Shown: piece by piece, positions 39,431 through 47,849 of the stretch | Position numbering within the stretch: the stretch's first letter is position 1 | Layout of the letters: the number at the start of each line of letters is the position of its first letter | Assembly: GCA_963700985.1 (NCBI GenBank) | Contig: OY969554.1 | Location: forward strand, 1,984,001 to 2,048,000 | DNA length: 64,000 nucleotides | Reading direction: 5' to 3' | Source: an uncultured Chlamydiales bacterium | Lineage (GTDB): Bacteria; Chlamydiota; Chlamydiia; Chlamydiales; Rhabdochlamydiaceae | The notes under the pieces: model-generated | The model's database searches: none | Told to the model about the DNA's origin: nothing | The model's input: the letters and a program-made list of their open reading frames with translations, nothing else | Position numbers and translations under genes: made by a program

Positions 39431-41509
39431 ATGGAAAGCGTATCTAATGAGCAGTCTAGGGGAAAGAGCTGGCGCATCTTTGTTGGCCTTTTCTTTTTAG
39501 TCGTTCTCTCACTTTTTTTTCATTTCCGCAAGGAGTCCACTCAGCCGCTAGAAGTGGGGACGGTCTCGACGCATTTTATTACCAGCCAGATCGACTTTGA
39601 TTTTCCTGATGCTGAAGCCACGAATCTTTTAAAGCAGGAAGCCGCAAAAGATATCGGTTCGATTTACGCAACATGTTTGCATGAAGTCAAAAAAAGATGC
39701 CAAGAGGTCGGATCAAAACTTCGCGATGAACGAGTCTGGAGAGAGCGCTTCCCTGAAGTCTCATATGAAAAGATGACGCAAAGCATCGAATTTATTGAAA
39801 CTGCACTCATGCAAGCGCGGCACACCGATGCGCGCACCTTTTATCGTGCTCAGACGCTTTTCCCAGATGAAACTCAGCACTTTCTCTCATTTCCAATTAA
39901 AGAAGGTAAATTTCCTGAAGTTTTCTGGATAAAGGTTCGTGAGAATCTAAATACTAAGATTGGTCTCGATGAGAAAGCTTCCAAATATTTACTCTCTTTT
40001 TTCAGTGATACGGCTTGGCAGCTTGAGGAAGACGACTTAGCTGAACGCAGTTTCCGTGAAAGCGCAGAGAAAGCCATCGGCCCGAAATTAACCCGAGTGA
40101 ACGCTGGCAGCCATCTGGTGCGTCCAGGTGAACGTGTAACTCCAAGACACATGGCGATGTTCGATGCGATGAACGAGACAATGCGCAAGACCAAAGAGCC
40201 TTGGTATCCACTCTCTTTTTTAGGCAGCGCGATTTTTGGGGCCTTCTTTACTTTTTCAGCCGGCATCTTTTTACATCGTCGTCATAATAAAATTTATCGA
40301 AGCGTTCAGCAGATCTCCTTGCTTGTATCCATCGTGCTTATCTCTCTGCTCTTTTTTAAAGCTGGTGAGCATTTTCTTTTCGGATCAGGCAAAGCTTTTG
40401 CTGATCTAATCCGCTATCCGCTGGTCATTCCCTTTGCTACGCTTTTAATTACGATTTTCATGGGTTGGGAGATTTCGCTTTTCATCTCTCTTTCGCTCAC
40501 TGCAGCTTTAGCTTTAAGCGCACCGGGTGATCAGGTAAGGGTTTTCATCTTCAACGCATTTGCTTCGTTCGCTGCACTTTTATGCTGCACGCGTCTACAT
40601 AAACGAAGAGAGATTTTTGTCGTCTGTGGGAAGATTTTTATCTGCACCTTACCGGTACTACTCGGTTTTCATCTCTGGGATTACACGCTGCTCGGCCCGT
40701 CATTATTAATCGACATCACCTCTTCTTTTGCCTTTCTCTTCTTAACGGCCACGCTAGTTGTCGGATTTTTAACCGTTGTCGAATCGATGTTCCCAGTGGT
40801 CACAGATATGGCCCTTATTGAATATATGGATCCCCAGCATCCCTTGCTCAGACGCTTGAGTGTAGAAGCACCTGGAACCTATCAGCACAGCCTTGTGGTT
40901 GGCAACTTAGCTGAATCGGCTGCACGTGCCATCGGTGCTAATGGCCTTTTTTGCCGCATCTCAGCTCTCTATCACGATATCGGTAAACTCTTTAATCCCC
41001 ATTACTTCACTGAGAATCAATTGGGCGGATTCAACATGCATCAGCTGCTTACGCCTCTTGAATCGGCCCAAGTGATTATCGCACACGTGATTGAAGGCGA
41101 GCGTTTAGCCCGCAAGCATCGGCTCCCGCCGCCGTTTATCGATATTATTCGTGAGCATCATGGCACACAATTCGTCTACTGTTTTTATGCAAAACAGAAA
41201 GAGCTTACCCCGCAAGAAGCAGATATCGATGAGAGACGTTTTCGCTATGCTGGTCCAAAGCCACGCACAAAAGAATCCGCCATCATCATGATTGCAGATA
41301 CTGTGGAAGCCGCTTCACGCAGCCTGGAAGAGGTTAGCGAAGAGAGCATTACGGCAATGCTCGAGTGCCTAATCGATGAAAAGATTAAAGGTGGCCAATT
41401 TGAAAACTGCGAGCTCTCATTCGAAGAGCTTGAGCGTGTGAAGAAGTCGATGATTCAATCTCTAGTGGTTGCCAACCACTTACGTATCAAATACCCAATA
41501 AAAAATTAA
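39431..41509 (+). CDS. 7TM-HD (HDIG) phosphohydrolase, PgpH-like
   Basis: Extracytoplasmic domain, multi-TM block, then APGTYQHS, YHDIGK, F.ENQ, EHHGT, RYAGPKP and ADTVEAASR. Confidence 0.9.
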   Translation: MESVSNEQSRGKSWRIFVGLFFLVVLSLFFHFRKESTQPLEVGTVSTHFITSQIDFDFPDAEATNLLKQEAAKDIGSIYATCLHEVKKRCQEVGSKLRDERVWRERFPEVSYEKMTQSIEFIETALMQARHTDARTFYRAQTLFPDETQHFLSFPIKEGKFPEVFWIKVRENLNTKIGLDEKASKYLLSFFSDTAWQLEEDDLAERSFRESAEKAIGPKLTRVNAGSHLVRPGERVTPRHMAMFDAMNETMRKTKEPWYPLSFLGSAIFGAFFTFSAGIFLHRRHNKIYRSVQQISLLVSIVLISLLFFKAGEHFLFGSGKAFADLIRYPLVIPFATLLITIFMGWEISLFISLSLTAALALSAPGDQVRVFIFNAFASFAALLCCTRLHKRREIFVVCGKIFICTLPVLLGFHLWDYTLLGPSLLIDITSSFAFLFLTATLVVGFLTVVESMFPVVTDMALIEYMDPQHPLLRRLSVEAPGTYQHSLVVGNLAESAARAIGANGLFCRISALYHDIGKLFNPHYFTENQLGGFNMHQLLTPLESAQVIIAHVIEGERLARKHRLPPPFIDIIREHHGTQFVYCFYAKQKELTPQEADIDERRFRYAGPKPRTKESAIIMIADTVEAASRSLEEVSEESITAMLECLIDEKIKGGQFENCELSFEELERVKKSMIQSLVVANHLRIKYPIKN

Positions 41510-41560
41510 TTTAAATTTTTAACTATAATGGATTTTTATTCGTTTTTAGTTTAAAATTTT

Positions 41561-42838
41561 GTGCTTATGATTATTGATTATTCTACGCAGAGTTATTCTT
41601 CGAGTATTTTATACGCTAATGTTCCCTTTGAATATGGAAGTAAACATATTATTTTAGCGTTCAGCGGCGAAATTCCTTGGGAGGTTCTTGGACTCGCGGA
41701 AAGAATAGTTCATTTTGTTTTGGGTGTTTTAGAGTGCATTCCTGTTTTGGGGCATCTAGTAGCCTTAGCCGACTACTTTCTAAATAATCGAGTGAGCGTG
41801 CTCTATCTACATAACCCCGATCCCTATGAAAGGGGTTTAGCCCAGGGACAGTTTTTCAGGCATGAGATCTTGATCGTGTATGCTCTTGTGCGACACATGA
41901 TTCAAGCTCAGATTGAAAGCAAAGGCCTTCCTTTTTTTGAAAAAAGCATAAATGAGTTTCAGCAGGCCCTCACGGATCCTCTTCTTGAGGAGATGCAGGG
42001 GATTTCCGATGCCACAGGGGTTCCTCTTAGCGAGATTTTTCAAGCCCATGTTTACATCGATGTTTTTGCTGGGACTTATGGATGCAGTACCGTAGCTTCT
42101 ATTTTCGAAGAAGGGAAAGCATCTACACGCACTGCAACCACCAATCATTATCTGGCCTGGGAACTGTTGCCGCAAGGAGAGCATCCGCAAATAGATGAGT
42201 CGAGGATGCGAAAACAAACGCTCATTCAAATCCCGCTTGAACCCAACATAAATTCGCACCTAGCCGCGCTGAAAGAGGTATCTAAGCAAGAGACAATCCA
42301 ATCAATAGTTTTTGATCTGCAAACCCAAGATTTAGCTTATAGTGCTTCTTGGTTCAATGCAGCGCATAAAACTCCTACATATGCAAACTTTTCGCAGGGC
42401 GCAGAAGTTCCTGCAAGCCGCAGACATGTGTTTCTGGCACATACGCTAGATTGGCCCTGGATTGCGCTTGCTCCTTACACAACTTTAGTTGTAAATGGGT
42501 CAACGGAAAATAGAAATGGATTTGTAAATTTCACCTTTCCAGGATTTATCGGCGTACTTGCAGGGGTAAATCACAAAGGTATCGGGTTAGCATGTTCCCA
42601 ATGTGGCGATGAAAGAGATGAGATGGGCAGGCCTAACACATTGCTATTTAGACATCTTTTAGAAGAGACGAATAGTATAGATGAAGCACTGAGCGAACTA
42701 GCTACCATTAAATCTGGCTCATCGATGAATTTGATCATCGCCTCAGCTGAAAAAGTTGCTAATATCGAGCTTCGTCCGAACTTGTCTCAGCCAGATCCTT
42801 TTACAGGTGGCTTCTTCCGAATTCTAAATACGATCTAG
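41561..42838 (+). CDS. C45/NAAA-like Ntn-hydrolase, apparently with permuted motif order; candidate effector
   Basis: PYERG..QG, EEMQGISDATG, GCST nucleophile, HTLDW, FPGFIG.LAGVN.KG, RHLLE and MNLIIA; start codon uncertain (GTG 41561 or ATG 41567). Confidence 0.75.
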   Translation: MLMIIDYSTQSYSSSILYANVPFEYGSKHIILAFSGEIPWEVLGLAERIVHFVLGVLECIPVLGHLVALADYFLNNRVSVLYLHNPDPYERGLAQGQFFRHEILIVYALVRHMIQAQIESKGLPFFEKSINEFQQALTDPLLEEMQGISDATGVPLSEIFQAHVYIDVFAGTYGCSTVASIFEEGKASTRTATTNHYLAWELLPQGEHPQIDESRMRKQTLIQIPLEPNINSHLAALKEVSKQETIQSIVFDLQTQDLAYSASWFNAAHKTPTYANFSQGAEVPASRRHVFLAHTLDWPWIALAPYTTLVVNGSTENRNGFVNFTFPGFIGVLAGVNHKGIGLACSQCGDERDEMGRPNTLLFRHLLEETNSIDEALSELATIKSGSSMNLIIASAEKVANIELRPNLSQPDPFTGGFFRILNTI

Positions 42839-42917
42839 CTCCTAGTTAGTAAAAAATTGAGTTATAAGCCCCCCAGCTTTATAATTTCCCCATGCTTAAC
42901 ATCTCGGAGATTTAATC

Positions 42918-43340
42918 ATGGCCGCTCCTGTTGCGAACCCTGCTGCACCCAATGAACTTCCTAGTGTGCTTTTCGGAGCTGGAATTGGCTCTTTGGCCGC
43001 AACGGCGCTAGCTCACACCACTGCAGCTGTAGGTGCTGTATATGGCGGCGCATTTACGATGAGTTATCTTCTGATCGATCGAGGGTTAGAAGCGATCATT
43101 GGGGATTCTGGCTTGGCTCGAATTTTACGTTTAGCGGCAGCGCTAATCGGCAGCATTGGAGTTGCTGCAACTGTGACTACCACACTTACTGGTGTGAGCA
43201 TGACATTTTCTATAGCTTTAACCCTAAGTTTATCCATGCTTGTCATGACTGTGGTGTTGCCTTATTTCACCAACTGCATCATTCCCTGCGTTCCTATAAC
43301 TCCCTTTATAGCATGCGGCCTTCTCCTCGCCACCGTCTAA
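42918..43340 (+). CDS. Small very hydrophobic membrane protein (Inc-like candidate)
   Basis: A/G/T-rich hydrophobic hairpins; Pro/Ala/Asn N-terminus; GGAG RBS. Confidence 0.65.
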   Translation: MAAPVANPAAPNELPSVLFGAGIGSLAATALAHTTAAVGAVYGGAFTMSYLLIDRGLEAIIGDSGLARILRLAAALIGSIGVAATVTTTLTGVSMTFSIALTLSLSMLVMTVVLPYFTNCIIPCVPITPFIACGLLLATV

Positions 43341-43346
43341 AGTTGA

Positions 43347-43419
43347 TAAATCATTTACAGGATCCGCTTCGCCGGCAGGATATGCAAGATGAAGAAAGAA
43401 AAAACTCGCATTTCCTGTT
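43347..43419 (-). repeat. Family B element, copy B2 (inverted)
   Basis: Reverse complement reads ATCTTGCATATCCTGCCGGCGAAGCGGATCCTGTAAATGATTTA, matching the B3 right end. Confidence 0.75.
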
Positions 43420-43453
43420 TTCTTTCAGAATTTTAGAACGGGTATTATTTTTC

Positions 43454-44278
43454 TTAGTGTTTTTTGATGCGCCCTTGAATGCTCATGCGCAAGATCAGAT
43501 GGCGGAATTTGCGTGGAAAGAGTCCGAGAAGCGTGATGGCAACTTTTGAGCGCCAGTCGAAGGTATATTGGCTGCGGCCCTGTTCGATCTGCTGCCAGAT
43601 GAGCTGCGCGGCCTTTTCTACACTCATCGCCCAGAAAGCCTTCTTTTGATAAAAACCTTTGGAGGCGCGACGTTGGAAGTCTGTTTCAATTTGTCCAGGG
43701 CAGCTGCTTAACACGCGAATGCCGGCAGGTGAAAGTTCCGCATCAAGTCCTTGAGAGAATTGATTTACAAAAGCTTTGGTAGCCGCGTAGATACAGAAGG
43801 TGGGATATGTTAGGAATGCGGCAGCGGATGCGATATTGACGATCGTGCCCTTATCATTTTGAGCTTTTAAAATGCGCGCACCTTCAATGCTGATTTCGAC
43901 CAGCGCTTGCACGTTGACTTCGATCATTTCCAATGATTCAGCCGTGGTGTGAGAAAGAACTTCGCCGTAGAGCCCGAAGCCTGCGCAGTTGATAATGAGG
44001 TCGGGCCCTTTTTCACGCATAAGTGAAATGAGGCCCTGGCGCTGCTCATGCTTTGCAAGATCGGCCGCATGCAGAGTGACAGGAACGTTAACTTGCTTCT
44101 GCACCTCTAGCAGGCGCTCAGTATCGCGGGCAGTGAGTAGAAGGGGAATGCCTTGTGCAGCTAGTTTTTGAGCGAGCGCTTTTCCCAAGCCTGAACTTGC
44201 GCCGGTAATCAGCGCTAATTTAAAATTTCTCTGGATGGCACCCTGTTGCATGAGGGTTGTGCGTTCTAAAGAAGTCAT
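43454..44278 (-). CDS. Short-chain dehydrogenase/reductase
   Basis: TGASSGLG, NCAG and Y.ATK catalytic motif. Confidence 0.93.
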   Translation of the reverse strand: MTSLERTTLMQQGAIQRNFKLALITGASSGLGKALAQKLAAQGIPLLLTARDTERLLEVQKQVNVPVTLHAADLAKHEQRQGLISLMREKGPDLIINCAGFGLYGEVLSHTTAESLEMIEVNVQALVEISIEGARILKAQNDKGTIVNIASAAAFLTYPTFCIYAATKAFVNQFSQGLDAELSPAGIRVLSSCPGQIETDFQRRASKGFYQKKAFWAMSVEKAAQLIWQQIEQGRSQYTFDWRSKVAITLLGLFPRKFRHLILRMSIQGRIKKH

Positions 44279-46041
44279 GAAATTTTGGCTTCTTGTTTGA
44301 AGCTATCGATGAGCACATCGAGGCGTTTTTCACACGCTTGAATTCCTTGTTCAACAGAGTCAAATTTTTTAAGGCGCGTGCCAACGTAGAGCTTCACTTT
44401 GGGCTCAGTTCCAGAGGGGCGAATAATGAGTTTGCTATCATCCTTGAGACGGAAGAGGAGCACATCAGATTTGGGGAGCGTGAGTAGTTCTGTTTTACCG
44501 CTATCCACGTAAAGTTTCTGATGTTTTAGGTAGTCTTCGATGATCATCACAGGTTGCCCGCCAATTTTAAGCGGCGGATTGTTTCGCAAATTCCCCATCA
44601 AAGTCGCGATCTGGGCCATCTCTTCCTTGCCGGAAGAAGTGAAGTTGATTGAATACTGTTTTTCTCTAAAGATGCCATAGGTTTTATAGAGGTCGTTCAA
44701 ATGATCAACGAGTGTTTTACCTTTAAGTTTAGCATCGAGCGCCATCTCCGAGATGAAACAGGTCGCACTAATCGCATCTTTATCGCGGGCCACCGTGCCG
44801 ATTAAAAAGCCGTAAGACTCCTCAGCACCAAAGAGAAAGTGGTATCCTTTTTTAGAGAGTTCCCACTCGTGGATTTTTTCGCCGATGTATTTAAAGCCGG
44901 TCAACACTTCGAAGCAGTGCACGCCATAGGCAGTGGCAATGGTTTTCATTAGATCAGTTGATACAATGGTGGTAACGAATGCGCCTTTGGGCGGCATTTT
45001 TTTTCTCTGTTTGAGCGTCTCGCAGATGAAGTGCACGCACAGAGAACCGATCTCATTACCGGTTAGGATTACGGGCTTTCCTTGATGCATGACAACTAAT
45101 CCCGTGCGGTCTGCATCAGGGTCGTTTGCCACCATGATATCGCCTTTTTTCTTCTGTAAAAGAGCGATGCCGAGTTCTAAGGTCTCTTTAAATTCAGGAT
45201 TGGGAAATTTAACAGTCGGGAAGTTGCCGTCGGGTTTGATCTGTTGTTCTACGTAAGAGATTGAGGTAAAGCCCCAGTCATCCAGAGCTTTGGGCACAAG
45301 TGTAATGCCTGTGCCATGCAAACTCGTATAGCAGATGCTAAGCTTGCTTCCCTCGGCTTTATTCTGTTCGGGAAAGAACTGCAGCGGACGGATGGCATTT
45401 AAATAGTCGCGATCTAGCGCTTCTCCAACCATCTTAATTTGCGGAGAGTTCAGTTCGTCTATTTTAACGTCTTCGAGTTTAGTCACATGACTTACTTCGT
45501 CCATGATTCCAGTGTCGTGTGGTGCAACGACTTGAGCGCCATCTTTCCAGAAGACTTTATACCCATTATATTCGGCCGGATTATGCGAAGCGGTAATCAT
45601 GACTCCGCAGAGACATTTTTTCTGCCGCACGGCAAAGGATACGTAAGGGGTGGGGCGCAGCTCTTTTAAGAGTAATACGGGGATGTCGTTGCCGGCGAGC
45701 ACGCGCGCGGTCTCTTCTGCAAATAAACGTGAATTATGTCGTGAATCATAGCCGATGATTACGCGATAGGGTCCTTTTTGATTGCGAATGTAATTCGCTA
45801 AGCCCTGTGTGATCATGCGGATGGTATATTGATTGAGGCGATTGGAGCCCACGCCCATGAGGGCGCGTATGCCGCCTGTGCCGAAACCGAGATTGGTGTA
45901 GAAAGCATCTTCTAGAGCTTTGGGATCGTTTTTCTGAAGGGAGCGGATCGTCTCTTTGGTCTTTTCATCGTAGGGGCCGCTCAACCACTCTTCTATTCTT
46001 TTTTTAGTTCCAGAATCAGAAGCAGCCGGGTTGGTCATCAC
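44275..46041 (-). CDS. Phosphoglucomutase/phosphomannomutase
   Basis: FGTGG.R, TASHNP, DPDADR, GAEES and RPSGTEPK. Confidence 0.95.
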   Translation of the reverse strand: MMTNPAASDSGTKKRIEEWLSGPYDEKTKETIRSLQKNDPKALEDAFYTNLGFGTGGIRALMGVGSNRLNQYTIRMITQGLANYIRNQKGPYRVIIGYDSRHNSRLFAEETARVLAGNDIPVLLLKELRPTPYVSFAVRQKKCLCGVMITASHNPAEYNGYKVFWKDGAQVVAPHDTGIMDEVSHVTKLEDVKIDELNSPQIKMVGEALDRDYLNAIRPLQFFPEQNKAEGSKLSICYTSLHGTGITLVPKALDDWGFTSISYVEQQIKPDGNFPTVKFPNPEFKETLELGIALLQKKKGDIMVANDPDADRTGLVVMHQGKPVILTGNEIGSLCVHFICETLKQRKKMPPKGAFVTTIVSTDLMKTIATAYGVHCFEVLTGFKYIGEKIHEWELSKKGYHFLFGAEESYGFLIGTVARDKDAISATCFISEMALDAKLKGKTLVDHLNDLYKTYGIFREKQYSINFTSSGKEEMAQIATLMGNLRNNPPLKIGGQPVMIIEDYLKHQKLYVDSGKTELLTLPKSDVLLFRLKDDSKLIIRPSGTEPKVKLYVGTRLKKFDSVEQGIQACEKRLDVLIDSFKQEAKIS

Positions 46042-46469
46042 TCATCTCCACTTTTTAAGTGTCCTTCTATCACATTTAAGGGAACAAGTGAAGCCTCTTT
46101 ATTGATGCCTTCGCAGCGCTTGGCCGCTTCTGCCCAGGCCGCTGGAGAAGCGAGGTTTTCTGGCCACCAAGGAAAAGTGCGGCATTGCTTGGGACGCGCT
46201 TTATAGACCAGACAACGTTTCTCTTTCAAGAAGACGCAGTCATAGGTTTTATTATCTTCTATAAGGGAGAGGTTGCCGCCCACTAGCCTGGTATACTTTT
46301 TGATGAATTCAGCTTCTGTAATCTTGAGGGTCTTGGCTAGATTTGTGATTTCGCTTGCCTCAAGCCAGACATAGCCTGGGGAGCCGGTGCAGCACTGTCC
46401 GCATTCGGTGCAGCTGAAATTCAGACCCTCTTTATACCAAGGAAATTTAGAGCCTTTTTTTTCTGTCAC
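46038..46469 (-). CDS. YkgJ-family cysteine-cluster protein
   Basis: C..CG.CC, C.FL, C.VY..RP.QCR.FP.W and CEG. Confidence 0.88.
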   Translation of the reverse strand: MTEKKGSKFPWYKEGLNFSCTECGQCCTGSPGYVWLEASEITNLAKTLKITEAEFIKKYTRLVGGNLSLIEDNKTYDCVFLKEKRCLVYKARPKQCRTFPWWPENLASPAAWAEAAKRCEGINKEASLVPLNVIEGHLKSGDE

Positions 46470-46472
46470 AGT

Positions 46473-47342
46473 TTATTTCCTTGAAATATCAAATTTTCGT
46501 TTTTCGTCTGCTTGCCAAACTGAGTTTTTCCAGAAGAAAGACTGCACATCGCAGGATGTTTTCTCAATGTCAATCAAATGCAAGGCACCTTCAGTTCGAT
46601 GGGCTGTGCTTCCGCTATCGAGCACAATCGGTAGGCCGCTTGGCCTTAGGTCTGCAACTGTATGTCGATGAGTATGTCCGTGCAGATAGAGTTTAATAGC
46701 TGGGTAGCGAGCGATTAGGTCTCTTAATGCGCTCGATCGTCCCAGCGCTTTACGAGGCCCATCAGGATCAAAGAAGGGAAAGTGGTTAGCCAACAGGATA
46801 GGGCGATCAGCAGGGAGGTTAGCTAGCGTTAGCTCTAGGCGCTCCTCGAGATCGGGCGAGAAGTAGCCGCGTGACGAGATAAGGCTTGTAGCAATAGCTG
46901 TATCAAGCGCGATTAAAAACCAGCCGTTTGGTAGCTCTTTTACCGCTAGTCCATGTGCATTTAGGTCAAATTGAGAGGTGGTAAATTTTGAGGGAAAAAA
47001 TTGATAGAAGAGGCGTTTTTTATAGGCGCTTTTTGTGTATTGATCGTGATTGCCGGGAATAGCGATCACTTGGATCCCTTGCTTGGTTAGGGTATCGACA
47101 AATTCCACGGCTAAGCGAAATTCCTGAGCCTGCGAAGTTGTGGTAAGATCTCCCGAGATTAAGACCAGATCCACCTTTAAACTTTTGAAAAGCTCTACTA
47201 ACTGGGCGAGTTGCTCTTGGTTAAATTCTTTTTGCCGGCAGAATAGAAGGTTGAGGTTTCCCAACCACCTTTTTGAAAAGAATTGCATGGGACTAAGCGA
47301 AGCTTTCGCAAAATGTAGGTCTGAAATATGAGCAATACGCAA
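46473..47342 (-). CDS. Calcineurin-like metallophosphoesterase
   Basis: SDLH, SGD, PGNHD, NHFP and HGHTH. Confidence 0.92.
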   Translation of the reverse strand: MRIAHISDLHFAKASLSPMQFFSKRWLGNLNLLFCRQKEFNQEQLAQLVELFKSLKVDLVLISGDLTTTSQAQEFRLAVEFVDTLTKQGIQVIAIPGNHDQYTKSAYKKRLFYQFFPSKFTTSQFDLNAHGLAVKELPNGWFLIALDTAIATSLISSRGYFSPDLEERLELTLANLPADRPILLANHFPFFDPDGPRKALGRSSALRDLIARYPAIKLYLHGHTHRHTVADLRPSGLPIVLDSGSTAHRTEGALHLIDIEKTSCDVQSFFWKNSVWQADEKRKFDISRK

Positions 47343-47427
47343 AAGAACTTACTCCCAATGAAAAACAATGTGAAAAACAATCATTTTACTGGAGTAGCCT
47401 AATTTATCGATAGGCTCTTTACCCGGC

Positions 47428-47787
47428 TTATCGATAGCTCTTTTTCGTAGCTTTTTTGATGTTAACTACTTTTTTTACAGCTGTCTGTTTTTGCAAGGTT
47501 TTTATCCAGCGTTTGCCTTCGGCATGAATATGAGCAGGAGCCGTCTGTTCAAGAGGTTCGCCCGGTGATGTGCGTTTATGCACTCTCTTGTGCTTGGTTT
47601 TACGTGGGTTATTCTCAACAGCTATGAGCTCTCTTGTGGCAAAGGTCATCTTTTTAGTAGGAATAGAAGGGTGAACCTGTAAAGGTGTTTTCGAAGCGAT
47701 GAAGACTTTAGCTTTTCCTTTTCGATCGATCTCTTTAGACATTTTTTTAGCTGATCGGTGTGACATTGGGGCCTTTTCTCTATTCAT
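47428..47787 (-). CDS. Small Lys/Arg-rich basic hypothetical protein
   Basis: 119 aa, strongly basic; GAGG RBS upstream of ATG 47787. Confidence 0.7.
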   Translation of the reverse strand: MNREKAPMSHRSAKKMSKEIDRKGKAKVFIASKTPLQVHPSIPTKKMTFATRELIAVENNPRKTKHKRVHKRTSPGEPLEQTAPAHIHAEGKRWIKTLQKQTAVKKVVNIKKATKKSYR

Positions 47788-47849
47788 AAAACCTCAAAAT
47801 TGTATGTTGCTCTTAACGACAAGTTAAATTTTTACTAATATTATTTGCA

